Below are positions 18,801 to 28,177 of a stretch of DNA of 47,248 bases, in pieces. Below the pieces are notes generated by a model. That model did not search any database. It had not been told where the DNA came from and worked only from the letters and a program-made list of their open reading frames with translations. Position numbers and translations under genes: made by a program. The first letter of the stretch is position 1. Every line of letters starts with the position of its first letter. Source of the DNA: Myxococcota bacterium (GTDB lineage: Bacteria > Myxococcota > UBA4151); contig JAYZBQ010000086.1 in NCBI GenBank assembly GCA_036338695.1, positions 1 through 47,248 of the forward strand, written 5' to 3'.

Positions 18801-20252
18801 ACCGTCCAGCTCTGCCCTCCACGCACAACCATCGTCTTTGAGCTTCTTGATCTGTAAGATCGCGTCAACAGGACTTGAGAATTTGTCCTGGTGATAGACC
18901 TTCATGGCTTCGCCATTATCAATCACTGCGATGAGATTTTCGGAAGGTTCAGATAACTTGAAATAAAAGATCTCATTGACCGGCGTGAGCGCCTTACCTC
19001 GATGCACAATAACTAAGCGTTCATCCTTTTCTCCGACGTAAGCAAAGTGTGCACCCTTTTCGATCACCTTTAGTCGGCTAATTGCGGCGTAGTTTGCGCC
19101 CGCTTTGGCACCATGGATGAGTGCGACTGTTTCTTCTTTAGCGCCTTCATAAAGTGGCTTTTTGCCAGCCTTGAGGTTTTTATACGTGACCGTCTTAAAG
19201 GCGGGGCTGAGCTCGACGCCGTTGCCTGTCGCATACAAGCCGACGTGTTGGTTTTCGCCACGACCTGCGATGAAGTGAAACTGGTCGTAAGGGTCGCTGT
19301 AGTCGTAAAGCCAAGGCGCCCGATCGGCCGTTCCGATCCAGTCAAACGGACCGTGTTCGGCTTGCTGCGCATCGTCTTTGACTCGGCTCTCGACAAAGAT
19401 TCGCCAACCGTCTTTGCGTTTGCCAAGATAAGCGACTCGAGCGAGCTCTTCAGCTTGCTTGTAGTTTACAATCTTTTCGAAGGGTTCGCTGACCTTATGA
19501 TCAACCACAACGTGCCATTCACCCGAGGGTTTGCTGCCCATTAAAGTAAACGATTTCTCGCCAAGTTTCTTGAGCTTGACGACGTTACCGCCGTTATGGC
19601 GACTAAAGACGTGTGTGTCGTAGCCATAAGCGGTTGCGCCTTTGTACATCCCTTCGGCGGTGACGGTCTGTCCGTCTTCCATGGCCGTAATCGAGCTCAT
19701 TCTCGACATCGCTTCACCTAGGGTAAAGGTGGTGCCATTGAAAAACAGCACATGGGCGCCGTCATCATCATTGGCGATCCAGGCAAAGTGCTTCGAGTCG
19801 CCTCGTAGTTCTGTGCGTTGATCAACGCTGCTGAGCTCTGGGCTGAGGATAAAGGACTCACCGCTGCTTGCGAGTAGGTGGGTTTTTGAGCCTTGTTTGA
19901 TGGTAGCGATCATCTCGCGGCGATCAGCGCGTCGGTAAAAGTGGATGGATGACACCGAGCTAACCACTTGGGTGATTCGACCCTCAAACCAGATTTTTTG
20001 GTCGGACTCTTGCGCAATAATAAAGGCGACTTGGTCCATTTGGTCGCCCGTGCCTCGCTTGACGTCGTGTAAGCGCTCCCCTTGAGCGACATCCAGACTG
20101 AGTTCCAGACGTGGGGGGCCGGGGTTGTAGTCGCTCGAGATTGGCCAGTAACACCACGCGAGGAACAGTATCGCAATCACCGCAAGGGCAATACCTATCT
20201 TAGTCGCTTTATGGCTTAGCAGTTCAGTCGTTCCAGATTGTTCGCTATTCAT
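15870..20252 (-). CDS. Giant membrane-anchored protein with ~37-aa beta-rich (propeller-like) repeats
   Basis: N-terminal TM segment IGIALAVIAILFLAWCYW, then many degenerate repeats, e.g. GPFSAIKEPTVSNDGSKMSFFAEDNAGWHLHHKG and GANYAAISRLKVIEKGAHFAYVGEKDERLVIVHRG. Confidence 0.75.
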   Translation of the reverse strand: MNSEQSGTTELLSHKATKIGIALAVIAILFLAWCYWPISSDYNPGPPRLELSLDVAQGERLHDVKRGTGDQMDQVAFIIAQESDQKIWFEGRITQVVSSVSSIHFYRRADRREMIATIKQGSKTHLLASSGESFILSPELSSVDQRTELRGDSKHFAWIANDDDGAHVLFFNGTTFTLGEAMSRMSSITAMEDGQTVTAEGMYKGATAYGYDTHVFSRHNGGNVVKLKKLGEKSFTLMGSKPSGEWHVVVDHKVSEPFEKIVNYKQAEELARVAYLGKRKDGWRIFVESRVKDDAQQAEHGPFDWIGTADRAPWLYDYSDPYDQFHFIAGRGENQHVGLYATGNGVELSPAFKTVTYKNLKAGKKPLYEGAKEETVALIHGAKAGANYAAISRLKVIEKGAHFAYVGEKDERLVIVHRGKALTPVNEIFYFKLSEPSENLIAVIDNGEAMKVYHQDKFSSPVDAILQIKKLKDDGCAWRAELDGGESQRVYKDHQAGQKFELVVGLNVSPGGRLWYDGIKEDQAYRVLEDKVGTPADRVTRPVFTPDDDKMVYGHMRRAADDRDPDQYLERWKVVDEQGAGRAFIRTPSKKLPEMAIRFQPWLKDQGKAYHYLAQVDAGTFVGTDRTVYGPFSAIKEPTVSNDGSKMSFFAEDNAGWHLHHKGKLGAAFDQTFGLSFTVVGDHPRYTVRRGKQAATVIDDQVFHKIKAEQINHGKTVHHFAGHQDDGWHVVVNMKRSQAFDSITKLTFGQDNHAVFAEAEKEGQKHLVHLEHGGEYTLGPAFDAVFMPTYYPDPVRRGEVTVDASKVTIKPTSETDKSADDLDKLSPETKLYAVYSYNQYGRTTRIGHRHVTAREGDTFTLNSPWSERFIKEMTQKGATLTLHTVTVPYSYRVQKEGRTRYVYNNQVYTTIIGHRYGDSRTLYMRAKDSLERWITNTTVHGGFDSISFKSFEDQTDKERYVLRVEEGNKSGFIIGDPTGLKEDFKRWDSTTSVEWEPAGGEKVRTIKWHGSDNGKKFEALGHIRYDAIEGLGKTPNLKHTWYIGKRSGRYSVNIDGKEHTWYSSIPTPKNGDRVTFKGPNDTATYQAVNHYQIHSDRSIDKKDRSIHRLVVGDKETAKFHGLELLQTNDRLDDTHYLAESDKGWTYYRGNSAMSATYKDIAYLQKWEAPKLDKDDKKKKKTKKKKAKEGETEKDVKAKDEEEEEPTPEPFVVAEPRFHFMGQDDNGWIEVHDGAEGVRFRAFSSEQPSITRVKNDELADRFKLISIRAESKAGNGKLPEVHYLPDTGGFVYSAKKGSDHVLVHLGRTMVQANKIEAIWSYKSGKVAAKLKRGNKFQAMYETNFSPLAQKWDDEFTLDGDQFVAGLELATNRKILWSNRGQTKPFKAYKSNPKSVQNDKAWQAIVEGLEGSGDGKDGDTLAVAVNKQVLVQGSQVIAVADEMKEIEGTDSEAGIVIRVKVK

Positions 20253-20394
20253 TGGTCTCTCTTTACGCGATCACTAAAAATTACTCGATGTCGGTTAGCG
20301 GGTAACTTACGGACACGGCAAGACTGCGCATGGTCAACTGTAGAAGGTTGCGCTGAGATGAGTTGCGCTGCCGCTATTTTACGCTGCTTCAGGC

Positions 20395-20423
20395 TTGACA
20401 GCCGCGAAGACGCCCTTCATAAG
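20395..20423 (+). promoter_or_regulatory. Putative sigma70 promoter of tRNA-Asp
   Basis: Perfect TTGACA at 20395-20400, 17-nt spacer, then CATAAG, ending 40 nt upstream of the tRNA. Confidence 0.5.
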
Positions 20424-20463
20424 CCTCCTCACCAGCGGGTAAGCCGAGCTTACCTTACCGTTT

Positions 20464-20540
<77 letters not shown>

Positions 20541-20574
20541 CCCGCCAGCCTCTGTGCTGGCGGGTTCTTTTTTT
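20541..20574 (+). terminator. Rho-independent terminator after tRNA-Asp
   Basis: Perfect 9-bp stem CCCGCCAGC/GCTGGCGGG, 6-nt loop, followed by TTCTTTTTTT. Confidence 0.9.
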
Positions 20575-20684
20575 CCCGACGAGAACCTGACGACCGCAAA
20601 CTTCGCGCTTGGTAAAGGGCGCTGGGTTGTCGGAGCGTAGCTCCTCGTCCATGCTGTGCGTCGACGCTTTGGAGGGTCGCCGCG

Positions 20685-23639
20685 ATGGCTCTACGTTCCG
20701 CCCACACATCGCTCAAGGCGCTGTGTTTCGTGTTGGTGCTGACCTCATGCAGTGAGCAAGTGGTCGTGCGAGAGACGGAGGCGCGCTGCGGCAACGGGAC
20801 CGTCGAGCTGGGTGAAGCCTGCGACGACGGCAACGAGGACAGCACCGACGCGTGTACGACCGCCTGCGCCTTGGCGCGCTGCGGCGATGGGACGCTGCGG
20901 GCGGACCTCGAGCCGATCGATGAAGCCTATGAGGGCTGCGATGATGGCAACACGAGCGATGACGATGCCTGCCTGACGACCTGCGTCCCGGCGCGCTGCG
21001 GTGACGGTGTCGTACGGCGCGATCGCGGCGAAGGCGAAGAAGCCTTTGAGGCCTGCGATGACGGCAACACGATGGACGATGATGCATGCTTGAACACCTG
21101 CGTGGTCGCGTTTTGCGGTGATGGGGTGGTTCGGCGCGACCGCGAAGCTGACGAGCCAGGCTATGAAGGCTGCGATGACGGCAACGACGTCGACACGGAT
21201 ACGTGCCTTACAAACTGCCAGGTGGCGCGTTGCGGCGACGGGGTCGTTGGGCCGGGCGAGGGCTGTGACGACGGCAATGATGACCCAACCGACGGCTGCA
21301 GCGACTGTCGACCTTCTGGTTGTGGTGACGGCGTGGTTCAAGAGGGTGAGACCTGTGATGACGGCAACGGCATCGACGAGGACGCTTGCCTCAACACCTG
21401 CGCTCCGGCGCGCTGCGGCGACGGGATCCTTCGAGCCGACTTGGCGCCAACGGATCCCGGGCATGAAGCCTGCGATGACGGCAACGCCGAGCAAGCGGAC
21501 GCGTGCACGTCGGCCTGCCGGTTAGCGCAGTGCGGTGACGGCATCTTGCGAGAAGATTTGACCCCCGAAGAGGAGGGCTTTGAGGAGTGCGACGACGGCA
21601 ACCGCGCTGAGTTCGACGGTTGCTCCTCGAGCTGTCAGTTGGAGCGCTGCGGGAACGGGCGCATCGACGCCGGTGAGCAGTGCGACGATGGCAACGACGC
21701 CGACACCGACGCCTGCACCAACGGCTGCCTCACGGCGCGTTGCGGCGACGGAATTCAGCGCAGCGACCTCGCTCGGGGCGACGAGGGTTATGAAGCCTGT
21801 GATGATGGCAACGAAGCGCTCGGCGACGGCTGCACACCGGGCTGCCGATTGGAGCGCTGCGGCAATGGCGTCGTCGACCAAGGCGAAGCCTGCGATGATG
21901 GAAACCGCTCCAACGCGGATCAGTGCACCAACGGCTGCCGTGAGGCGCGCTGCGGCGACGGCATCTTGCGGACCGAAGGGGGCGCGCCGGAGGCTTGCGA
22001 CGATGGGAACGTGGACCCCGGCGATGGCTGCTCGGCCGATTGCGCCATCGAGCGCTGCGGCAACGCCGTGGTCGACCCAGGCGAAGCCTGCGATGACGGC
22101 AACCCAGTCGAAACCGACGCCTGCCTGTCAAGCTGTCGCGCCGCGCGCTGCGGCGATGGTGTGCTGTACATTGGGGTCGAGGCTTGTGACGACGGCAACC
22201 AGCTCGACACGGACGCGTGCCTCAGCACGTGTACGGTCGCACGCTGCGGCGACGGCCAGGTCTGGGCAGGCCGGGAAGCCTGTGATGACGGCAACGATGT
22301 CGACACCGACGCCTGCTTGACCGACTGCACCGCCGCCCGCTGCGGCGATGGCTTGGTCGCTCAAGGGCTCGAAGCCTGCGATGACGGCAACCAAGATCAG
22401 CAAGACGCTTGCCTGACCACCTGCGCGCGGGCGCGCTGCGGCGAGGGGGTGGTGCGCGCCGGCGTTGAGGCCTGCGACGACGGCAACGAGATCGAGACCG
22501 ATGCGTGCCTGACGACCTGCGCAGAGGCGACCTGCGGTGACGGCGTGACGCGCGCCGATCTCGAGGTGGGTCAGCCGGGTTATGAGGGCTGTGACGATGG
22601 GAACGCGAACGACGCGGACGCGTGTCGCAATGGCTGTCTGGCGGCGCGCTGCGGCGACGGGGTGCGGCGGGTGGATCTCGGAATCGGTGAGGAGGGCTAC
22701 GAAGCCTGCGATGACGGCAACGAGGTCCAGACGGACGCCTGCCTCAACAGCTGCGCCGCCGCGGCCTGCGGTGATGGTATCGTCCAAGTCAACGTCGAGG
22801 CCTGTGACGATGGTAACAACAACAACGACGATGAGTGCACCAATGACTGCGTGGTTGCGCCGCTCGGGTCGAGCCCGGCGCGTGCGGCGGTGAGTTGCCA
22901 AGCGGTCAAGACGGCTCGCCCTCAGGCTGCGACGGGCACCTACTGGATCAACCCAGACGGCGAGGGCGGCGTCGCGCCGTTTCAGGTCAGCTGCGACATG
23001 AGCACGGAGGGTGGCGGCTGGTTGCGCATGCGCCTGAACAACTCGAACCAACTCGTTGCGGCGGAGTGGGATCGATCCAACCCCTTCTACAAATGCGCCG
23101 ATGACGAAGCGCGCATGTACGACTGGGTGAACCAGACGCAGATCACACCGGACAGTTCGCCGAGCGGCACTCACAATTATGAGGTGGGTCTCTCGTACAC
23201 CAACTTAGCGAACAATCAGCCCTTCTCCGAAGGGCAGATGACCGCGCTTCGTGCCCAGGTAACCACGCTGGCGACCTCGACCAAAATGGTCGCCACGACC
23301 TCTGATGATGACAGTTACAGCCGACAGGATGGTGGCGGCGGCGGTCACGAGGTCTACGTGCGGACGGCGCAAGGGCAGTGGCTGCTGTTGACGCCGGGAA
23401 CCAACGGCGAATGCGGTGGGGGCCCAGGGTCCTGGCCGGCAGGTGGGAGCCGGCACGCCGGCTACTATTGGCACACGACGGCGAACCAGTCCCAGCCTTA
23501 CGGGACGACGGGGATTAACGCAGGTCAGATGGGCGCGCTGCCAGCTGCTGCGATTCTCCCGACGCGTGCGCGGCTCGAGGTGCACACAGGCGGCGGCGTC
23601 ACCTTCGGGTACGCCAAGCAGACGTTTTTGGTGAAGTGA
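20685..23639 (+). CDS. Myxococcus Cys-rich repeat (DUF4215-like) lipoprotein with fibrinogen-like YCD-GGGW domain
   Basis: Lipobox LTSC; 20 repeats of CG[DN]G...ExCDDGN....D.C...C; then GTYWINPDG...[14 protein letters not shown]. Confidence 0.88.
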   Translation: MALRSAHTSLKALCFVLVLTSCSEQVVVRETEARCGNGTVELGEACDDGNEDSTDACTTACALARCGDGTLRADLEPIDEAYEGCDDGNTSDDDACLTTCVPARCGDGVVRRDRGEGEEAFEACDDGNTMDDDACLNTCVVAFCGDGVVRRDREADEPGYEGCDDGNDVDTDTCLTNCQVARCGDGVVGPGEGCDDGNDDPTDGCSDCRPSGCGDGVVQEGETCDDGNGIDEDACLNTCAPARCGDGILRADLAPTDPGHEACDDGNAEQADACTSACRLAQCGDGILREDLTPEEEGFEECDDGNRAEFDGCSSSCQLERCGNGRIDAGEQCDDGNDADTDACTNGCLTARCGDGIQRSDLARGDEGYEACDDGNEALGDGCTPGCRLERCGNGVVDQGEACDDGNRSNADQCTNGCREARCGDGILRTEGGAPEACDDGNVDPGDGCSADCAIERCGNAVVDPGEACDDGNPVETDACLSSCRAARCGDGVLYIGVEACDDGNQLDTDACLSTCTVARCGDGQVWAGREACDDGNDVDTDACLTDCTAARCGDGLVAQGLEACDDGNQDQQDACLTTCARARCGEGVVRAGVEACDDGNEIETDACLTTCAEATCGDGVTRADLEVGQPGYEGCDDGNANDADACRNGCLAARCGDGVRRVDLGIGEEGYEACDDGNEVQTDACLNSCAAAACGDGIVQVNVEACDDGNNNNDDECTNDCVVAPLGSSPARAAVSCQAVKTARPQAATGTYWINPDGEGGVAPFQVSCDMSTEGGGWLRMRLNNSNQLVAAEWDRSNPFYKCADDEARMYDWVNQTQITPDSSPSGTHNYEVGLSYTNLANNQPFSEGQMTALRAQVTTLATSTKMVATTSDDDSYSRQDGGGGGHEVYVRTAQGQWLLLTPGTNGECGGGPGSWPAGGSRHAGYYWHTTANQSQPYGTTGINAGQMGALPAAAILPTRARLEVHTGGGVTFGYAKQTFLVK

Positions 23640-23655
23640 GCGGGCGCCTGGTTCG

Positions 23656-25341
23656 CTAGCGCCGCGCCGCGACCCAGTCGGCGACTGCCTCTCGCTCGAG
23701 ATGGACGAGCAGCATGATGAGATCACCGGGCTCAGCCCAGGTCATGGCCTCATCAAGAGCGGTGAGCTCGCCCTCGACGATGGCGACGCGCTCAGGTGGG
23801 TAGCTGCGCTCGAGCAGCCCCTGCCGGATCAACTCAGCGACCTCGGATGGCTGGCGGCCGCGCTCGTATCCTGCCATCTGCCTTAGAATGATGTGATCGG
23901 GCGCGACGTCGGCGAGCGTCTCGCTGAGTTCGAGAATCTCTGAATCGAGTCGGTCGCCGGCTTGCCCCAGGCTGACACAGAGCCGCGCGCTCGGTTGCGA
24001 TTCGATCAGCCCTTGCGCCAGCGTTAGGATCGCTTGAAGCCCGTGCGCGTTGTGTCCGAAGTCGAGCAGCAGGCGGACCCCTTGAACCTCGAAGAGCTGA
24101 CACCTGCCTGGGTTGTCGCTCGGCGATGCGCCAAAGCTGGACAGCGCTCTCGCAATCGTCGCTAAGGAGACGCCGAGGACCTGCGCTGCTGCGGCTGCGG
24201 CCAGGGCGTTGCTGATGTTGTGGCGCGCCGCGCCGTCAAAGCTGCAAGGGATGGCGCGTGCCGCAAGGACCTGCGTGACCTCGCCGGCTTGAGCAAATTG
24301 GATGACGTCGTCTTCAAGCCACCAACATGAGCCGCCCGCTAGCCGGTGCGCGAGCAGCGCCTCGTTGTCGTGGCGCATACTGAACAAGACCATTGGGCTG
24401 TCGCATTCAAGACGCCGCTGCATGAGGTGTGGATCGTCGGCGTTGATGACGCGATGACCTCCCGGCTTGAGCGCTTTGCCGATCAGTGACTTGACCTGCG
24501 CCATCGCTGCGACGTCGTCGATGCCATAGTCGCCGAGGTGGTCCGCTGCCACGTTTGTGAGCACCGCCACGTCGCAGCCGCTCATCGATAAGCCGCGCCG
24601 GAGCAGCCCGCCGCGCGCGGTCTCGAGGACCGCTGCGTTGATCTCTTGGCGTCGCAACACCATGCGCGCAGCGCCCGTCCCCGTCCAGTCCCCAGCCTCG
24701 ACGATTTCCTCGTCAACACAGACGCCATCAGTTGAGGTGGAACCAACGCATAATCCCGATGTCTTCAAGATGCGTGTCAGCATTCTTGATGTCGTTGTTT
24801 TGCCGTTGGTGCCGGTGATCATCGCCACTGGGATGGGCGCGGCAGAAGCCCAGTCGACCGCGTCGGCGTCCGGGAGCTCGTCGGCGCGCCAGACCTGCGC
24901 CATTTGACCAAAGCCGACCGAGACCTCGTCGTCGTCCCAGAGGAAGGGACAGCCTCGCTCGTTGGCGGCGCGTTCGAGCGCAATCAACTGCGGGTTCCCC
25001 TCGCCTTGGAGCGCGCGACGCAGGCGCTCAACCGCCCGATCGTCGGCGCGCTGAGCGTCTTGAGTCGCTTGGTGGATCGCCTCTTCGTTGATCTCTGTGG
25101 CGGCGTAGAGCGCATCGATGGGCGCGTCGAAGCCGATGCTCGCTCCGCCTTGATAGGCTCGAACGAAGGGTTCACCGAAGTCGACCCCGAGCTCGGCGCA
25201 CAGCGCGCGGAGCGCCTCGCGCCAGCGCGCCAGCATACGCTCAACGTCGTCGCCGGACGTAAAGCGCACCTCGGCGACTGCGCAGGGGTTGGCGCTTTGG
25301 AGGTTGCTGCCTGTGAGCCGTCTCGAGTCGGCGATGTGCAT
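23656..25341 (-). CDS. CphA-related Mur-ligase protein lacking the ATP-grasp domain
   Basis: ITGTNGKTTT, GDWTG, AVLETARGGLLRRG, NVAADHLG, INADD, HNISNALAA, NPGR, DFGHN and AGDR align with the C-terminal half of the adjacent CphA. No ATP-grasp motifs. Confidence 0.85.
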   Translation of the reverse strand: MHIADSRRLTGSNLQSANPCAVAEVRFTSGDDVERMLARWREALRALCAELGVDFGEPFVRAYQGGASIGFDAPIDALYAATEINEEAIHQATQDAQRADDRAVERLRRALQGEGNPQLIALERAANERGCPFLWDDDEVSVGFGQMAQVWRADELPDADAVDWASAAPIPVAMITGTNGKTTTSRMLTRILKTSGLCVGSTSTDGVCVDEEIVEAGDWTGTGAARMVLRRQEINAAVLETARGGLLRRGLSMSGCDVAVLTNVAADHLGDYGIDDVAAMAQVKSLIGKALKPGGHRVINADDPHLMQRRLECDSPMVLFSMRHDNEALLAHRLAGGSCWWLEDDVIQFAQAGEVTQVLAARAIPCSFDGAARHNISNALAAAAAAQVLGVSLATIARALSSFGASPSDNPGRCQLFEVQGVRLLLDFGHNAHGLQAILTLAQGLIESQPSARLCVSLGQAGDRLDSEILELSETLADVAPDHIILRQMAGYERGRQPSEVAELIRQGLLERSYPPERVAIVEGELTALDEAMTWAEPGDLIMLLVHLEREAVADWVAARR

Positions 25342-25343
25342 GG

Positions 25344-28142
25344 TCAGTCGGAGTCCTCAGCCGCAAGACGCGCGCCGCGCTCGTCGATGATCAGGCTTTC
25401 GAGGTTCGGCAAGTCCAGCAGCTGCGGCGACGAAAATTCTTGCTTGAGCGCCACCTCAACGTCCCGTGTGCGCTCAGTATCCGCGGCGGACGCGTCGGCT
25501 GGCGTGAACGAGACGATCTGCTTCCAGCAGCGCGTGGTCGCATCACCGAAGATGAGCAACAGATCACCTCGCTGAGCCATCCGCAGCCCCGCGTCGACCG
25601 CCTCTTGCTCATCGATAATGATCTTGATCGCATAGGCGTCGACGCCGCTCGCCAGCAGCTCATCTTCGATCAGGCGCGGGACCTCTTCGTCACCGCGCCC
25701 GCGACGCGAGTCGTCGCGCCGGATGATGATCTGATCGAAGTTGCCGTGGGCGACTTGGCGAGCGATGGCGCGGATGTCTTCGTCGCGACGATCGCCAGGC
25801 GCCGAGATGACGCAGAGCCGACGTCCCTCGACATCGAGCCGCAAGCTCAGGTTGATCATCGCTTGGATCGCGGCCGGGTTGTGGCCGTAGTCGAGGATCA
25901 CCTTGAAGGGGTGCTCATCGTACACGTTCATCCTACCAGGGACTTGGAAGAAGGAGGTGTCAAAGGTGCGCAGACCCTGACGGATGTTATCGACCTTGGT
26001 GCCCATGGCATAAGCCATGAGGGCTGCGGCGAGCGCGTTCTGCACGTTGTGCAGCGCCTTACCCTCCATCGTGGCGGGGATGAGGTGGGTCCAGAGTAAG
26101 GGGAGATCCAGCCCGTCATCATACAGCGTGATCATCTGCCCTTTGATGCCTTGCTCAAGGACGATCGCCAGCCCACCGGCTTCGATGTGTTGCAGCACCA
26201 GCGGGTTGCGTGGGTCCATCGTGAAGTAGGCGATGCGCTCGGCGTCGGTGTGCGACGCCATCTTCAAGCAGTGCATGTCGTCGGCGTTGAGCACGGCGCA
26301 GTCGCGCGCCACCTCGACGACGATGCGCTTGATCTCGGCGAGCTGCTCGAGGGTTTCGACGCCTTTGAGCCCGAGGTGATCGCTCGAGATGTTGAGGACA
26401 CAGCCGACGTCGCAGGACGAATAACCAAGCCCTGAGCGCAGCAAGCCGCCGCGTGCGGTCTCGAGCACGGCGGTGTCGACCTTGGGATCCCGCAGCACCA
26501 TCTGCGCCGAGTGGGGTCCGGTCATGTCGCCGGACGCGGTGCGCTGGCCATCGACATAGACGCCGTCGGTTGTGGTCAGCCCAACGGTGGCCCCCGACAT
26601 TTTCATGATGTGCGCCAGCATGCGCGCCGTGGTGGTTTTGCCATTGGTCCCCGTGAGCGCCGCGATCGGGATGCGGGTGGGGGTGTCTTTGGGGAAGAGC
26701 ATGTCCATGACGGGTCCCGCTACATCGCGCGGGGTGCCTTCGGTTGGGGCGACGTGCATCCGAAACCCAGGCGCCGCGTTGACCTCGCAGATGGCGCCGC
26801 CGATCTCACGGTACGAGCGGGTAATGTCCGGGGTGATGAAGTCGACACCTGCGACGTCGAGTCCGATAGCCCGGGCTGCACGCTGCGCCATCTCCCGGTT
26901 GTCCGGGTGCACCAGGTCGGTCATATCGATCGCCGTGCCGCCGGTGGAGAGGTTACCCGTTGAGCGTAGGTAGAAGACCTCGCCCGCCTCGAGCACCGTC
27001 TCTTCCGTATAGTCAGCCGCCTCGAGCAGGCGCTTGGCTTGGTAGTCGATCTCGATACGGGTCAGCACCTTCTCGTGACCGACGCCTCGCCTCGGGTCTT
27101 GGTTCACCTCATCGACGAGCTCGGCGATCGTCCGTTGCCCATCACCGACCACGTGGCCTGGGACGCGCTTTGACACGGCGATCAGGGTGCCGTCGACGAC
27201 CAGCATGCGGTGATCAAACCCCTCGATCATCTGCTCAACCAGCACGCTCCTGCCGTGCTCCTTAGCTTTGTCGACAGCAGCCTCGACCTCCTCGGCCGAG
27301 CGCAGATTGAGTGATACGCCGCGACCGTGGTTGGCGTTGTAGGGCTTCACCACGACCGGATAGCCGAGCGACTCGGCGGCGCGCACCGCGCGCCGAGCAG
27401 ATTGGACGAGCTTTTGGCGCGGGACCGGCGCGCCGATGGCGGTGAGCAGGTCGTTGGTCTCCTCTTTATCCGAAGCGATCTCAACGGCGATGTGCCGGGT
27501 CTCTGAGGTGATGGTCGCTTGGATTCGCTTTTGGTACTTCCCGTGACCGAACTGAACCAGCGAGTAGTCGTTGAGGCGGAGCCAGGGGATGTCGCGTGCC
27601 TCCGCTGCGCGGATCAGCGAGGCCGTTGAGGGGCCAAACTGCCGTCGTTGCGCGTAGGTGATCAGCTCATCGAGCTCTTCTTCGAAGTTGAAGTCATCTC
27701 GGACCTTGGCGTCCCCTCGCAGCGCCTCTGGGATGGCGTGATGGATCATCTCCATCGCCAAGTCCGCGGCGGCGAGCCCGACGCGTTCCTCCTCATAGGA
27801 ATACACCACGTGGTACTGTCCGGATTGTCCGGTGCCGCGGGTCTTCCCGAAGGTGACGCCGGCCCCTGTGAGCGCTTGGAGTTCGATCGCGACGTGCTCG
27901 AGGATATGACCCATCCAGGTGCCGTCATCCTCCCGGAGTCGCCGCACAAAACCACCGGGTTCGCCGTAGGAGCAGCCGTGCTCATGAAGCGTCGGCAGCC
28001 AATCGAGCAGCTGGTCCGTAAACCCAGGGATGGTCGCGCTTGGGTAGTCTTCGAGGGGACCGAGATCCAAGGTCATCCGGATCACTTTGAACCGGGCGTA
28101 TTGATTAGGACCTCGATAGACGCGGCGTTCGACGATCTGCAT
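25344..28142 (-). CDS. cphA: Cyanophycin synthetase
   Basis: N domain RGPN...CSYGEPGGF...GHILEHVAIELQ; ATP-grasp domain VVVKP..NHGRGV, NLSTGG, EVNAAPGFRMH; Mur domain TGTNGKTT, ETARGG, DYGHN. ATG at 28142 with GGAG RBS. Confidence 0.96.
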   Translation of the reverse strand: MQIVERRVYRGPNQYARFKVIRMTLDLGPLEDYPSATIPGFTDQLLDWLPTLHEHGCSYGEPGGFVRRLREDDGTWMGHILEHVAIELQALTGAGVTFGKTRGTGQSGQYHVVYSYEEERVGLAAADLAMEMIHHAIPEALRGDAKVRDDFNFEEELDELITYAQRRQFGPSTASLIRAAEARDIPWLRLNDYSLVQFGHGKYQKRIQATITSETRHIAVEIASDKEETNDLLTAIGAPVPRQKLVQSARRAVRAAESLGYPVVVKPYNANHGRGVSLNLRSAEEVEAAVDKAKEHGRSVLVEQMIEGFDHRMLVVDGTLIAVSKRVPGHVVGDGQRTIAELVDEVNQDPRRGVGHEKVLTRIEIDYQAKRLLEAADYTEETVLEAGEVFYLRSTGNLSTGGTAIDMTDLVHPDNREMAQRAARAIGLDVAGVDFITPDITRSYREIGGAICEVNAAPGFRMHVAPTEGTPRDVAGPVMDMLFPKDTPTRIPIAALTGTNGKTTTARMLAHIMKMSGATVGLTTTDGVYVDGQRTASGDMTGPHSAQMVLRDPKVDTAVLETARGGLLRSGLGYSSCDVGCVLNISSDHLGLKGVETLEQLAEIKRIVVEVARDCAVLNADDMHCLKMASHTDAERIAYFTMDPRNPLVLQHIEAGGLAIVLEQGIKGQMITLYDDGLDLPLLWTHLIPATMEGKALHNVQNALAAALMAYAMGTKVDNIRQGLRTFDTSFFQVPGRMNVYDEHPFKVILDYGHNPAAIQAMINLSLRLDVEGRRLCVISAPGDRRDEDIRAIARQVAHGNFDQIIIRRDDSRRGRGDEEVPRLIEDELLASGVDAYAIKIIIDEQEAVDAGLRMAQRGDLLLIFGDATTRCWKQIVSFTPADASAADTERTRDVEVALKQEFSSPQLLDLPNLESLIIDERGARLAAEDSD

Positions 28143-28177
28143 AACAGGCTCCAATCGGGCAGCGAAGATGCTGGGTG

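Larger units (their letters stand above)
14440..20390. other. Lower-GC, putatively horizontally acquired block
   Basis: Hand-counted 60-nt lines gave 25/60 (line 18901) and 28/60 (line 17041) G+C, versus 39/60 in the flank (line 21421). Boundaries approximate; no integrase seen. Confidence 0.6.

Noticed and set aside
20780..22860. CRISPR-like periodic DNA repeats (TGCGACGACGGCAAC etc.)
   Set aside because: The repeats are codon-degenerate and explained by the protein's CDDGN repeats. No cas genes are present.
23656..25341. MurE/MurF peptidoglycan ligase or a cphA pseudogene
   Set aside because: Motifs are CphA-type (ETARGG, GDxTG, GDR), there is no dcw context, and the ORF is intact and clearly diverged from the adjacent cphA.
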